The notes: generated by a model not told the origin, from the sequence alone. DNA of 64,000 nucleotides from Candidatus Delongbacteria bacterium (GCA_963663545.1 OY760505.1:416001-480000), one strand, 5' to 3'; numbered from the stretch's first letter, positions 49,535-60,193 are shown. Numbers and translations are program-made.

Positions 49535-50124
49535 TGAGCGATCTCGCTCACTTTGTCAAAATCGATGCCTTGTGCGAAGCTGCGGAGCTCGTCTTCGCTG
49601 ACGCCGTTGCCGTCAACGGAGACCAGCACATTCTGGTTGAGCACAATCTGGATGCTGCCGCTGCGGTCTTCGGCATCGTACTCCAGCAGCGCTTTCTGGC
49701 CGTTGATCTTGATCATCCTCTGGCCATCGCCCGACATGAACATGGGATTGGCAAAGGCCATGCTCACCATGCTCAACATGGGACTGTCGGTTGTGATGCT
49801 GATGTTGACGTTATCGTAGATGCCTTCGCTTTCGCGCTCGTAGCTAGTAGTGGCGCCGGTGGCTCCGCCCAGCAAACTGGAAGCGACCGCCGTGCCTTCA
49901 GCATCCAGCTGCGTCCATCCCGCGGGAGCCTTGGGAAAGACGGCCGTAAACGCTTCGCCCTTCTGCTGGCGAATCAATTGTGCCGCGTACTCCAGGGACT
50001 GAGCCGCTTCGCTGAAATTTCCGGCCTTGTAAGCCTTCAAACCGTCGTCGACCCAATCTGTCACATCATCGGCCCTGAGGGGCAGGACCAACATCAACAG
50101 CAGCAGTGCTGTCAACAAACGCAT
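49531..50124 (-). CDS. Exported hypothetical protein
   Basis: Signal peptide, GGAGG RBS, GTGA overlap with the next gene. Confidence 0.7.
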   Translation of the reverse strand: MRLLTALLLLMLVLPLRADDVTDWVDDGLKAYKAGNFSEAAQSLEYAAQLIRQQKGEAFTAVFPKAPAGWTQLDAEGTAVASSLLGGATGATTSYERESEGIYDNVNISITTDSPMLSMVSMAFANPMFMSGDGQRMIKINGQKALLEYDAEDRSGSIQIVLNQNVLVSVDGNGVSEDELRSFAQGIDFDKVSEIAQ

Positions 50125-50272
50125 ACTCCACCTCCAAAGACTCCGCGGCAGCCGGACCTACCGGCCGGGGGCAAATCTGCCATCCCTGTGTCCGCGACAA
50201 TAATGTACAAAGACAAAGCATTTGCCTGTATTGGCTCGCGCTTTGTATCACTGATCGAAAAGGCCGCGCCTC

Positions 50273-51925
50273 CTACTCTGCAGCACGCACACGGTAATAG
50301 ATGGCCTCCGCCCCCGTGCCACGCTCGATCTCCAGCAATGTATCACGGGTTGTGGCCAGCTCGCTAAAGCCAGTATAGGGCGCCGACGAAGACTCGACGA
50401 TATAATGATCCGCACCGGCAACGGAAGTCCAGGAGAGGGTTAGCGTGATACCTTGGACGCCAAGTTGCAATTCCGGCGCCGTCAGACCAGAAGGCAGCAG
50501 AGTGCAAGTGTGAGGATCTAGGGCCGCGCAGCCAATGGGATGTGATACACTGCGACCACTTTCGTCAACCGCACGCAGATAGTACTCCAGAGTGCCGCCG
50601 TTCGCAGGCAGGGTCGCCGTCCACAGGTGACCAGGTTGGGCTTGCATCTGGGTCTGCTGCCAACTGCCGCCGTCCAGGCGCCAGCCAACGTAAACGCTGT
50701 CGGAGATCAGGGTGTGATTCCCCAGCGAGTGAACCTCCGCCTGTATCACAGGATTTCCCGCCTGCTCACCAAACAAAGGCTGGTGTGCGATGCGCAGCAT
50801 TTCGCGATCGGCGATTCCGCGCGTTCGGCAATGCAGAGCGTCGGTGCTCTCCCAGCCCCCGCCGGCGCCCTCCGACAGGATGCCGTGCACGGTGTAGCCG
50901 GGCAGCGCCGTTTCATATACCGCCAGAGCAGCATTGTCGTAGCTGCTGCTCATGATGGGCACATAAACATGCTGCCCTAAGATCAGACTGTTGGTGTAGG
51001 GCTGATTGGAAGGTGTCTGCACGCGATACACACGCCAGGGATAGCCCCAGCTGCAGTTGTGTGTCACAAACCAATCGGCGGTCTCTTCGATCTCGTCATA
51101 CTGCGCGTGAGACGTTGGCACCTGACGGATGAGCACCTTGTCCGGTGCCAGGAACTTGCCCCAGCAGTCAATGTGATCGATGTAGGTATTGTTGGGGTCG
51201 GGCAGTTTGTAATACTCTTCGACACCCAGGAAGTGGGCCATTAGCGTGTCGACTTCGGCCGCCGTCAAGCCGGGGTTCTCCTCCAGCACCAGGTCGCTGG
51301 ACGCCGCCTGGCCACAACCATTGACCATATAATTGCCGCCGGTGTGAGACAGATCCATGCCAAAGACAGGCAGATTGTACATGTCGCCCACCTCGATCGG
51401 AATCTCGTCATCGGCAGGGCGCGGACGGTTGTAAGGAAAGTCCACCACAGCCAGCGCGCTATCGCTCATGCAGACAAACCAGGGGCCATAATCGCGCGTC
51501 CACCAGGAGTTGCTGGAAGCGTAGAGGAAATCGCAATTGGCCAGGTTGACCGACTGTGCGGTGTAAAGGCTGCGTACGGTGCTCTCCTGGCTGCTTCCGG
51601 AGACAATAGTTGTAACACGGCTGTGCTGGCTCATCAGGCGGATCAAGGTCACGGGAATGCCGAAGGGATAGCGCACCAGTACGCTCTCCATCGGATCAAA
51701 CTCAGCGACAGCGCGCAGGTCTCCGGGCGGTGGCGTAGTAGGAGTGAAGTCACGACCGATCTCGTCCATGCGCCCCAGCTCATCGGGGGTCAGCCAGTGC
51801 GGAGCGGAGTCCGGATAGCGACTCTGCCACTCGGCTGTGCGGGCTAGCAGTTCGGGTGTCACACTGCGCTCGGCGGAAAGGGCCACAAACGGCAGCGCCA
51901 GTATCAGGGCCAGCGGTGTCTTCAT
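50273..51925 (-). CDS. Secreted agmatine/peptidyl-arginine deiminase family protein
   Basis: AEFDP, WTRDYGP, GGNYM, HIDC, ALHCRT catalytic motifs; C-terminal Ig/FN3-like tail. Confidence 0.9.
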   Translation of the reverse strand: MKTPLALILALPFVALSAERSVTPELLARTAEWQSRYPDSAPHWLTPDELGRMDEIGRDFTPTTPPPGDLRAVAEFDPMESVLVRYPFGIPVTLIRLMSQHSRVTTIVSGSSQESTVRSLYTAQSVNLANCDFLYASSNSWWTRDYGPWFVCMSDSALAVVDFPYNRPRPADDEIPIEVGDMYNLPVFGMDLSHTGGNYMVNGCGQAASSDLVLEENPGLTAAEVDTLMAHFLGVEEYYKLPDPNNTYIDHIDCWGKFLAPDKVLIRQVPTSHAQYDEIEETADWFVTHNCSWGYPWRVYRVQTPSNQPYTNSLILGQHVYVPIMSSSYDNAALAVYETALPGYTVHGILSEGAGGGWESTDALHCRTRGIADREMLRIAHQPLFGEQAGNPVIQAEVHSLGNHTLISDSVYVGWRLDGGSWQQTQMQAQPGHLWTATLPANGGTLEYYLRAVDESGRSVSHPIGCAALDPHTCTLLPSGLTAPELQLGVQGITLTLSWTSVAGADHYIVESSSAPYTGFSELATTRDTLLEIERGTGAEAIYYRVRAAE

Positions 51926-52082
51926 TCTGGTACCTCAATTGCGGTTGCGGGTGAAAGGCCCGTGCGATGCGAAACACCGTTGGATCACACGCCGATCGCT
52001 TCGGGCAGCTTCCATCGGCAAGAGAGTGAATCCTTGGGGTTGATGCAAGGCAGGAAAGCGGATTCTGAAGTGAGTGTTTGTG

Positions 52083-52499
52083 TTACAAGAGGCCGCTGGC
52101 TGCATGCCACTGACGCACTGCGCGGCCTGTGATCCAGGCCTTTCCGTCACTGCCGGCAACGAACCAATAGACGCTGACGCCCTCTCCTTCGCGATGCTGT
52201 AACAGGTCGCCGGAACGCGTCTCCGCCTCCTCGAGGTATATGTCCGGTGCCAGCTCGAGGGAGCACAGATCGCCGCGCTTCAGCTCGCATTCTAGGTACA
52301 GCCGTCCGCCAGCGTCGAAAAGACTAGGGCACTCGCGCAGCATCATATGGTTCTCGGCGCGGGCGAAATCCACGGCGGCATAGCATTCTTCGATGGGCAG
52401 CATGCAGGGTTTGACCTCACGGGGCTGATCGAAACGAAAGTCGATGCGCAGCGAGATCCTGGCTCCCTCGACGAAGTGGATGTGGTGCGTGATGAGCAT
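52083..52499 (-). CDS. Hypothetical protein
   Basis: 138-aa ORF with a GGAG..AGG RBS. Confidence 0.55.
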   Translation of the reverse strand: MLITHHIHFVEGARISLRIDFRFDQPREVKPCMLPIEECYAAVDFARAENHMMLRECPSLFDAGGRLYLECELKRGDLCSLELAPDIYLEEAETRSGDLLQHREGEGVSVYWFVAGSDGKAWITGRAVRQWHAASGLL

Positions 52500-52596
52500 C
52501 CTCTACTCCAGTTGCAGTTGTCCACGGAAAGTATCGACCTTTTGGGTGGGCAACTGGAATGGGACGCTGTCAGGGAGGATGGACGGAATCGAGCTC

Positions 52597-52650
52597 GAGG
52601 TGCCAGACCCGGGTCAGACCCGGGTCAGATCCGGGTCAGATCCGTATCAG
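52597..52650. repeat. Array of five YCAG(AY) units at 11-bp period
   Basis: Units start at 52603, 52614, 52625, 52636 and 52647. Confidence 0.85.
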
Positions 52651-52691
52651 GTTCAAACATCCAGTATTTCATTTAATATCAGTGTGTTACT

Positions 52692-54719
52692 CTAGCGAAG
52701 AAGCAGTCCCTTCTTCTGCATGGTCAAGCCGTCTGATGTGGATAACTGCAGCAGGTAATAGCCCGATGCGACGTTGCGTCCGTGCCCGTTGCAGCCATTC
52801 CAGGTGGCGCGGTGCTCGCCGGCCGGCAGGTGACCCAACTCGCGACGCAACACGCAGGCGCCCTGCAGATCGAAAACCGCCAGCGTCACCTCGGCCGCGC
52901 TCTTCAGAGCGAATCGCAGCTGTGTTGTTGGATTGAAGGGATTCGGATAGAGTTCGCAGAGCTCGTGGCTACCGGGATGCGATGTGTCACGGCCAGGCGA
53001 TGCGACACCGACCGCGTCCTCATCGCGCAGAGCAATGATGTAGTTATTGCCAGCAGCCAGGCTGTGCCAGCCCGTGTTGGGCTCGGGAATCGTGCACTGG
53101 CCAAGACTGTTTTCACCCCATGCGAGGATGCGGCCCTCCTCCAGCAGACCCGCGCTGAACTGCAGCCCGGCCGTCAGCGCTACATAGGTCTCGCCAGTAG
53201 GTGCGTCCAACTGTCCGGCGCTGTTGTCGCCCCAACCATCAATACCGCCGTCGGCGCGCAGCGCCAGCGCGTGATCCCAGCCGAGGGCGAAATCCAGGTA
53301 ACCGCTGCTCGCAGGCGCTTCGCCAAGCAGGCTATCGGCGTCGCCCCACTGCACAATGCTGCCGTCGCTTCTCATCGCCAGCCGGATGTTGCCGTTGGCC
53401 AATACCTTGATGAAGTCCGCGTTGGGCTCGGGAAGGGGTAGTTCGCCCAGACTCTCCATTCCCCAAGTGCAGATCGACCCATCTTCGCGCAGGCCAAGCC
53501 CGTAGCCAAGTCCGGCAGCGACTTCGACAAATCCACTATTAGGTTCGGGTATCTGGTACAGCTCAGGAAGATCAATGCCCCAACCATCAAGCGAGCCATC
53601 CTCTCGTAGGGCAAAGGCATGAGCGTAGTTGCTCCACACGTTCGCAACACCAGATTCAGAATCGGGGGAAAACGCGTCACTGAAAAGGTGTGTGAACCAT
53701 TGTCGCACGCGTCCATCGTCAAGCACAGCTCCCAGGGGCATGCTCCCGGCAAACAGAGCGCTGACATCCAGCTCCTGATCGTAGGGAAAACCCTCGCCGT
53801 AGGTTGAGTTCGCAAGACTGATCAAGACCAGCTCGCCGCTGTTGTTCAAACCGATGCACCTGTCGTACCCATCGAGGTACTCTGCAGCGATCTGAACCAC
53901 ACCCTCGGCCAGGGGAGTGTGATTGCCGCCGAAGTAGTCGTCCACTTCGAATACATCCCCATTTGAGCGTAATGCATATCCGTGCCAGCGTGCAGCTGCG
54001 ATCTTCGTGTAGATCTCATCTTGGTTCGAGAACAAGTAATCGCCTGTCCAGAGGTTCATAGCATACACTCGTCCAGCAGGCGTCAATCCGATGTAGTCCC
54101 GGAAGGCCAGGTCAATGTGGGCAAACGGGGCTGCAGCAATCCAGGGAGACAGCATTTGCTCTACACCGGGAGCTACAACGCTTCCGTCATCTCGCAAGGC
54201 GATCCAGCCATAATCGCCGATGGCGATTTCGACGAAACCGGAATTGGGTTGTGGAACGGTAGCCATACCGTTAGGTGCCTCACCCCAGACTACGATGCTG
54301 CCATCCTCGCGCAGTGCGATGCAAGTATTGCTCCAGCAGTCAACCGCCAGGAAGCCAGTATTGGATTGCGGCAGATCGCACTGGCCATATTCGTTTTCGC
54401 CAATGGCCAAAAGACTGCCCCCTTCCAACAACAGCACCGCATAAGAGTAGCCGATGGCAATATCCAGCACGGGTAGCGGGATCTCGGGGAGCGTGACCAG
54501 GTGCTCGGGGGTGTATCCCCAGTGTAGCAGCTCGCCTTCTGTGTTTACTCCGAAGTGCATGCCATAGCGACAGCCAAGCTTGTTCAGGTTTTGCAGCTCG
54601 GCGCGAGGCAGGATGCGCGAACTCCCCCAGGCCAGCACTTCGTCCCGAGCTGGCAGACCGCGCAGGCCCATTGCACCGAGCAGGCAAAGACAAAGGATCG
54701 TGATACATCTGTGATTCAT
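52692..54719 (-). CDS. Secreted RCC1-like repeat protein with FlgD/T9SS-like C-terminal domain
   Basis: Repeated ALREDGS..WG.N..GQ blades; YPNPFNPTT...VASGYY tail. Confidence 0.85.
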   Translation of the reverse strand: MNHRCITILCLCLLGAMGLRGLPARDEVLAWGSSRILPRAELQNLNKLGCRYGMHFGVNTEGELLHWGYTPEHLVTLPEIPLPVLDIAIGYSYAVLLLEGGSLLAIGENEYGQCDLPQSNTGFLAVDCWSNTCIALREDGSIVVWGEAPNGMATVPQPNSGFVEIAIGDYGWIALRDDGSVVAPGVEQMLSPWIAAAPFAHIDLAFRDYIGLTPAGRVYAMNLWTGDYLFSNQDEIYTKIAAARWHGYALRSNGDVFEVDDYFGGNHTPLAEGVVQIAAEYLDGYDRCIGLNNSGELVLISLANSTYGEGFPYDQELDVSALFAGSMPLGAVLDDGRVRQWFTHLFSDAFSPDSESGVANVWSNYAHAFALREDGSLDGWGIDLPELYQIPEPNSGFVEVAAGLGYGLGLREDGSICTWGMESLGELPLPEPNADFIKVLANGNIRLAMRSDGSIVQWGDADSLLGEAPASSGYLDFALGWDHALALRADGGIDGWGDNSAGQLDAPTGETYVALTAGLQFSAGLLEEGRILAWGENSLGQCTIPEPNTGWHSLAAGNNYIIALRDEDAVGVASPGRDTSHPGSHELCELYPNPFNPTTQLRFALKSAAEVTLAVFDLQGACVLRRELGHLPAGEHRATWNGCNGHGRNVASGYYLLQLSTSDGLTMQKKGLLLR

Positions 54720-54863
54720 GGTGGCTCCCGCTGTGTGTCGGATTCCATGTGATACATAATGGGTAGCAGTACGGTTGTGCTCCTCGCACTGTCGCCAGTA
54801 TCGGATTGAGAGCCTAACCCGTCAAGGAGAATTCTTGCCCTTCGCGCATAAATGGGCATAGAG

Positions 54864-55052
54864 TTATGCCGTGCGGCAGCCCCTTAACTGATAGCGTCGC
54901 TCCAACTCTGCCCGTGCTTCAGGACTCTGCTCGGCCAAGTGTTTCTTCCAGCCCGGGCAAAAATTGATGTGCCAGCGCCAGAAGCGGCCCAGCAGAGAGC
55001 GTGGTGAGTTTTCGTAACGCTTTCGTAAAGGGCAGTTGTCGCAGGTACTCAT
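54864..55052 (-). CDS. Small Cys/Trp-rich hypothetical protein
   Basis: MSTCDNC...LLGRFWRWHINFCPGWK; GAGG RBS. Confidence 0.65.
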   Translation of the reverse strand: MSTCDNCPLRKRYENSPRSLLGRFWRWHINFCPGWKKHLAEQSPEARAELERRYQLRGCRTA

Positions 55053-55094
55053 CGGCCACAATTCCTCGATGATTTCGTCTCGTCCGCCGTACAC

Positions 55095-55153
55095 GAGGTG
55101 CCAGACGGGGGTCAGATGGGGGTCAGACACTGCTCTGACACGTGTCAGACCCC
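55095..55153. repeat. Second array of five YCAGAY-type units at 11-bp period
   Basis: Units start at 55101, 55112, 55123, 55134 (TCTGAC) and 55145; same GAGGTGCCAGAC lead as at 52597. Confidence 0.8.
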
Positions 55154-55837
55154 TCAGTCCTCAAGCGTATGCTTCCATTCAGGATAATGCTCGCGCAAAC
55201 AATCGGGGCAGATGCTGTGGCTGATGTCAGCCATGGTGCTGCGGCTGAGGTAGACCTCTACCTTTTCCCAATAACCCTTGTCGTCGCGCACGCGCTTGCA
55301 GAAAGAGCAGACAGGCAGAATTCCGCGCAAGGCCGTGATCTCGGCGGCCGCCTCCTGCAACTGGTGCAGTAGGGCCTCGCGCTCTTCAGAGGCGTGTTTG
55401 GCTTCGGTGACATCACGACAAATGCAGAAGACGAATTTCTGCCCCTGGTAGGTGGTCCCGCTGTTGCTGAGCTCTACATCAATCAGGCGGCCATCCTTGC
55501 GGCGATGCATTGTCAGAAAACGATGCCCCTTTTCGTCTACCTCGCGAATCAGCCCGGCTACGACTTCACCTGAATGCTTGGCCTCCCAATCCATCACATG
55601 CAAGCGCTTCACTTCTTCCAGTGAGTAGCCCAGCATCTCAGCAAACTGACGGTTTGCCTCGTGCACAAATCCATCAATGTTCAGCACGACGATGCTGTCA
55701 ATGGACTCCTCCACCAACATGCGACGCCAATTGATTTCGTCTTGAAGTTGAGCACGAACCTGGCGCAGCTCATCCTCGGCCGCTTCCAGCTCCCGGACAC
55801 GGAGTTCCAGATCCTCATAGCAGGGCTTGTCACACAT
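55154..55837 (-). CDS. PAS-domain protein with C-terminal Cys/His metal-binding module
   Basis: ANRQFAEMLGYS...HRRKDG...CRDVTE; LPVCSFCK...SHSICPDC. Confidence 0.85.
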   Translation of the reverse strand: MCDKPCYEDLELRVRELEAAEDELRQVRAQLQDEINWRRMLVEESIDSIVVLNIDGFVHEANRQFAEMLGYSLEEVKRLHVMDWEAKHSGEVVAGLIREVDEKGHRFLTMHRRKDGRLIDVELSNSGTTYQGQKFVFCICRDVTEAKHASEEREALLHQLQEAAAEITALRGILPVCSFCKRVRDDKGYWEKVEVYLSRSTMADISHSICPDCLREHYPEWKHTLED

Positions 55838-56176
55838 GGCCAGCAACCATCCATTCGTAGGGGGAGAGGGCAAACGAATCAGGGCTTGGGTTCATGGGTC
55901 GGGCATGGATTCATGAAGGAATCACGGGCATGGCCAACGGCAACAACGGTAGGAAAGAAACGGCGGGATCGCAAAGCAAAAACGCTTTCAGGTTACTCCG
56001 TACGACATCCCTGGAGCAGATCATCAAAGCCGAGAAAGACACTTTTGCTGTGTATCAGAAAAACTTGCTCGTCTTCGGTCAAGCACATATCGATAGCCGC
56101 TAAGCGGCCCGGGCACCTGTTAGCTTGAAGTCAAAGGAGCAAATGATTGGATTTCGAATGGCAGACGAACTCCAGA

Positions 56177-56866
56177 TCAGCTAATACCAAGATGTCCTGC
56201 TTCGCGCTCGTAGCACTCGGGACAGATGCCATGGGAAGCATGCGCGCCGGACAGTCTTTCCACAACGACTTCCACCGGTAGCCAACGGCCTTCAGGATCG
56301 CACACCTTCTTGCAGTAGCAGCAGATGGGGTAGATACGACTGAGCCCGCAGAGTACCCGATCGCGGCGTTCCAGTTCTTCTTTGTCCCAAAGTACGCGAA
56401 GCGTAAGCTCGATTATACGCTTTACCTGCTGAATCAGGTGGATGTGAATCTCGTTGTGTGCATTGGCCTTGTTGTCTAAAAAGCAGACGGTGCCAAACTG
56501 TCCACCACCGGGCAGGTTGATGGGCATACCCGCGTAGGAAACCATGCTCAGATTGGTGACGGCCGAATTGTTATGCCAATTCGGATCGTGCTCTGCATCC
56601 GGAATAAGATTCAACGCGCGACTTTTCAGCGTATGCTCACAGAACCAACCCGAATTGGGATAAGGCTCCACCACGTCTACCGGATAAGGATTCCCCTCCG
56701 TATGACTGGAAAGTAGAATCTCGATGGTGCTGCCGTCCACACGAGTAATCAGACCCGCAGGAACGGCTAGGATCTCAGCCGCACGATCCAGCAGGTTCTG
56801 CCACTCTTGCAGCAGCTCGACGGAGAGACGCTTGCGACTGAAGGGGTTCGGTTCGGGCGTTGACAT
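56177..56866 (-). CDS. GAF-domain protein with the same C-terminal Cys/His module
   Basis: SYAGMPI..PGG.QFGTVCFLD; PICCYCKK...SHGICPEC. Confidence 0.85.
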   Translation of the reverse strand: MSTPEPNPFSRKRLSVELLQEWQNLLDRAAEILAVPAGLITRVDGSTIEILLSSHTEGNPYPVDVVEPYPNSGWFCEHTLKSRALNLIPDAEHDPNWHNNSAVTNLSMVSYAGMPINLPGGGQFGTVCFLDNKANAHNEIHIHLIQQVKRIIELTLRVLWDKEELERRDRVLCGLSRIYPICCYCKKVCDPEGRWLPVEVVVERLSGAHASHGICPECYEREAGHLGIS

Positions 56867-56907
56867 GGATGCCTCGAGATAAGTGGATTACCGCCATTGG
56901 CCAAATG

Positions 56908-57756
56908 CTATTCGGTACTTAGGGGAAGCGTCTGAAGCGATTGCTTCAGTCTGTACAGACAGACTAACGTTTGCTGTATCACATGATCCGCTTTGTCAAA
57001 CTCTAGCACACGCACGCCAGCCAGTCGCGGGTGAAAATACACATCAGGAGGTGCAGATTCCAGCTTGATCTTCGTCAGATGCTCCACCAGCAAATCAAAC
57101 ATGCCCAGCGTGGCATCGATCATGTTGGGGGCCTGGCTATCCGCACTTCCTCTGCTTGGTGATACATCCACCGCTATGGTGTGGGAACACTCCTTGAGCA
57201 GATCATAGGGCAGATTATTACTGATACCGCCGTCCACCAGCACACGCCCCTCGTGTTCCACCGGAACAAAAATGCCGGGAATGGCCATGCTCGCCTCCAG
57301 GGCAGGCCGCAGAGGTCCCTGATCAAAGACGACGCACTCCCCCGTATAAAAATCGGTAGCTGTCACACGCAGGGGAATCTGCAGGTCCTCGAACTGTGTC
57401 ACGCCCATTCGTTGAATCAAGTAGTGCAGGAACCCGTCGGCGCGCAGTAGGCCGCTGCCCGTCCAGGCCACATGAATGGCACTGACCCATTTCAGCAGCG
57501 TGGACTTCTTCGCCAGCAGATCCTTCAGCCCATCGTCCCGCGTGATACGATGCTCCTCAACAAGCTGCCGGATCTCGCGCCCACGATAACCGGAAGCGTA
57601 GAGGGCGCCAACAATGGCTCCCATGCTGGTTCCACTGACGATGGCAGGGCGCAGGTTCAATTCGTCAAGCGCCTCCAGAACGGGGATGTGCGCCAGACCG
57701 CGAACACCGCCACCACCAAGGGCAAGGCCCAAACTTGTGTGTTTGCCTTGGCTCAT
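56908..57756 (-). CDS. Patatin-like phospholipase
   Basis: GGGGVRG, GTSMG, DGG motifs. Confidence 0.93.
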   Translation of the reverse strand: MSQGKHTSLGLALGGGGVRGLAHIPVLEALDELNLRPAIVSGTSMGAIVGALYASGYRGREIRQLVEEHRITRDDGLKDLLAKKSTLLKWVSAIHVAWTGSGLLRADGFLHYLIQRMGVTQFEDLQIPLRVTATDFYTGECVVFDQGPLRPALEASMAIPGIFVPVEHEGRVLVDGGISNNLPYDLLKECSHTIAVDVSPSRGSADSQAPNMIDATLGMFDLLVEHLTKIKLESAPPDVYFHPRLAGVRVLEFDKADHVIQQTLVCLYRLKQSLQTLPLSTE

Positions 57757-58472
57757 GCTTGTCCCGGCTGTTTGTTGTCGGCAGGCAAAGCCTCCACGCG
57801 ATAGCGCCCTCCAGCACGATCTACATAGATATCGTCGCGCAGCTTATGCAATTGTAAGTCTGTCGGCGAGCCGTCGGCAGGGCTTCGTCTCCAGTGATAC
57901 AAACCCAGCAATGGAATCAGCAGGGTCAACAGCCCAGCCAGTATCCCTTGTATCACAAGAATCTTCAAGGACGTCTTCTTTTCGTACTCAAAAAGAACAA
58001 TCAGGGAAGTATGCGCAGCAAACAGAAGGTCATTGGTCCACATCAAAGTGAGCAAGTGTCTTAATCTGAAAGGCAGCTGCACCGATTGTAACACGAAACA
58101 GTGGGCGAAGATGGCGGCCCAAACGGACACGACAAGAACCCACTTCCAATAGGAGTCATTGAAATGCTCCATCCAAAGGCCACCAATGCCAAGCACGGCC
58201 GCTACTAGCGCCAATGACATGCCGAACGCGCTGACCGCCCGGTTCCCATGTTTGCGCACGTACACGCTGGCACAGAGAAAGCAGAGACTGGCCAGTATGA
58301 TGATGCCATTCGTCGCCAGGACTTTGCCCTCAAACTCGCCGAAATTGCCTACCAACACGTAGTAAACGGCCAGCAGCGCGCTTAGCACCAATAAGCCCAC
58401 AAAAGTACGCAGCGAAATAAGCCTGATGCGATCTGCGATGCCGGATCCAATGGCGGTTACTGTGTTCGACAT
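57753..58472 (-). CDS. Multi-pass membrane protein
   Basis: About six hydrophobic segments; GGAG RBS. Confidence 0.65.
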   Translation of the reverse strand: MSNTVTAIGSGIADRIRLISLRTFVGLLVLSALLAVYYVLVGNFGEFEGKVLATNGIIILASLCFLCASVYVRKHGNRAVSAFGMSLALVAAVLGIGGLWMEHFNDSYWKWVLVVSVWAAIFAHCFVLQSVQLPFRLRHLLTLMWTNDLLFAAHTSLIVLFEYEKKTSLKILVIQGILAGLLTLLIPLLGLYHWRRSPADGSPTDLQLHKLRDDIYVDRAGGRYRVEALPADNKQPGQA

Positions 58473-58494
58473 GAACTCTAACCCTCCGATAGGT

Positions 58495-59712
58495 CTAGCG
58501 ATCCTGCGTGACACGGCGAGCAGCACACAACAGCCCCAGAGTAGCGATACCTGCAAAAAGAGCACCCGCGTAGAAGGTGGCAGCCGCCCCCTGCGTCTTC
58601 CAGAGGAATCCCGCCAGCACACTCGCCAGAATCAGCATCAGTCCGCTGATCAAATGAAACACACCAAAGGCGGTGCCGCGCAGCTCGCTCGGTGCGCTGT
58701 CGGCGACCAGCTTGGACAGCAGTCCCTGTGTCAACGCCAAGTGCAGGCCCCAAAGGGCTACACCGCCCATGACGACTGTGTAGGTATCCGCGATAGCCAG
58801 CGTCAGATCGGCAAGCACGAGCACAACCAGACCGACGGCCAGCAAGGGGCGGGCCGGCAAACGGTCTGAGGCAATTCCGGCTGGATACGCCAGCGCAGAG
58901 TACACCAGGTTCATGACAATCATCACCAGCGGAACCAGAGAAATAGAGAGCCCCACCTCCTGCGCCCGCAGAATCAGAAAGGCCTCGCTGAAACGAGCCA
59001 GCGAAAAGACTCCGCCTAATAGCACCACAAACCAATAGGAAGCAGGAAGGCTGCGTGCCGTTCGCAGATTCAATGCTCGGCGCGCTGTCTGTGTATCACA
59101 CTTCCGATCAGGCTCCTTGACCGCAACAAGCAGCATGAAGACGGCCAGAAACGCCGGTAACACAGCCAACCAGAGCACGGCGCGCAGGTTCTGCGCCAAC
59201 AGAATCATGCCGGCGATGGCCAGCAAGGGTCCAAGAAAGGCTCCCACAGAGTCCAGGCTCTGGCGCAGTCCGTAGGCGGCTCCGCGCAATTCGGGGGGCG
59301 CAATATCCGCCACCAGTGCATCACGGGGAGCACCGCGAATGCCTTTGCCGATGCGGTCGGTGAAACGCGCAGCAAAGACCCAGCCCAGGCTGCTTGCCAG
59401 TGGAAAAACCGGCTTCGTCAGCGCCGCCAGGCCGTATCCCAACACGGCCAGAAATTTGCGGCGGCGAAAATAGTCACTCAGTGCGCCGGAAAACACTTTG
59501 GTGATGGCGGCAATTCCCTCGGCGAAGCCTTCAATAAGACCGATGCTGAGCATCGAAGCCCCCAGTACCGAGGTCATCAGAACGGGTAGCAGACTGTGCA
59601 CCAGCTCCGAACTGACGTCCATCAGCAGGGAGACAACTCCCAGTGCCCAGATACTTCGTGGTAGTTTGTGATACATCACTTTCGTAGCAGACTCCCCGTT
59701 GGATTCACTCAA
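58495..59712 (-). CDS. MFS transporter
   Basis: DVSSEL, SGALSD, DRIGKGIRGAPRDAL; about 12 TM helices. Confidence 0.92.
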   Translation of the reverse strand: MSESNGESATKVMYHKLPRSIWALGVVSLLMDVSSELVHSLLPVLMTSVLGASMLSIGLIEGFAEGIAAITKVFSGALSDYFRRRKFLAVLGYGLAALTKPVFPLASSLGWVFAARFTDRIGKGIRGAPRDALVADIAPPELRGAAYGLRQSLDSVGAFLGPLLAIAGMILLAQNLRAVLWLAVLPAFLAVFMLLVAVKEPDRKCDTQTARRALNLRTARSLPASYWFVVLLGGVFSLARFSEAFLILRAQEVGLSISLVPLVMIVMNLVYSALAYPAGIASDRLPARPLLAVGLVVLVLADLTLAIADTYTVVMGGVALWGLHLALTQGLLSKLVADSAPSELRGTAFGVFHLISGLMLILASVLAGFLWKTQGAAATFYAGALFAGIATLGLLCAARRVTQDR

Positions 59713-59797
59713 TCAGGGAAAAGGTAATCGAGGCAACCGGGATCAGCAGGCGATGCTGGTTCTATCTCGAGGACCTCAAAGGCCACTTTGTCTCAGT

Positions 59798-60193
59798 CTA
59801 TTCTTCCTCGATCAACCAAGCATACGCTTCGTCCATTGTCCGAAAGACACGACGAGTGCGCGGCGCTCCGTCCTCGGCATAGACCTCCCACATGCGCAGT
59901 ACGCCGAAATCCACATCACTACCGGCGACCAGAGCGACTCGCGCGGCTGCTCTTTCCAAGTAGGGGCCAACCTTGGTGGCCAGAATCTTGAGGCTATCGC
60001 TGTTGAAGTTGACCAGGCTGGATTCGCGGTAATCCCAGAGCTCGATCATGCCCGGCGTGTGACGTGGATCCTCCAACAACTCAAGCAAGGCAGCGAGTAC
60101 ATCATCCGGTCCGGGTGTTCCCGTTATGACAATAACCGCAAGGCGTCCATCTCGTTCAAAACGTATCACGTCCAGATCCTCCCCTGAGTGCAT
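59798..60193 (-). CDS. Hypothetical protein (SpoIIAA/STAS-SEC14-like)
   Basis: LWDYR...RVALVA...FGVLRM...VFRTMDEAYAWL pattern. Confidence 0.55.
   Translation of the reverse strand: MHSGEDLDVIRFERDGRLAVIVITGTPGPDDVLAALLELLEDPRHTPGMIELWDYRESSLVNFNSDSLKILATKVGPYLERAAARVALVAGSDVDFGVLRMWEVYAEDGAPRTRRVFRTMDEAYAWLIEEE

Noticed and set aside
55930..56000. c-di-GMP-I riboswitch-like GGGATCGCAAAGC
   Set aside because: On the opposite strand to the flanking genes, and no convincing P1/P2 stems.
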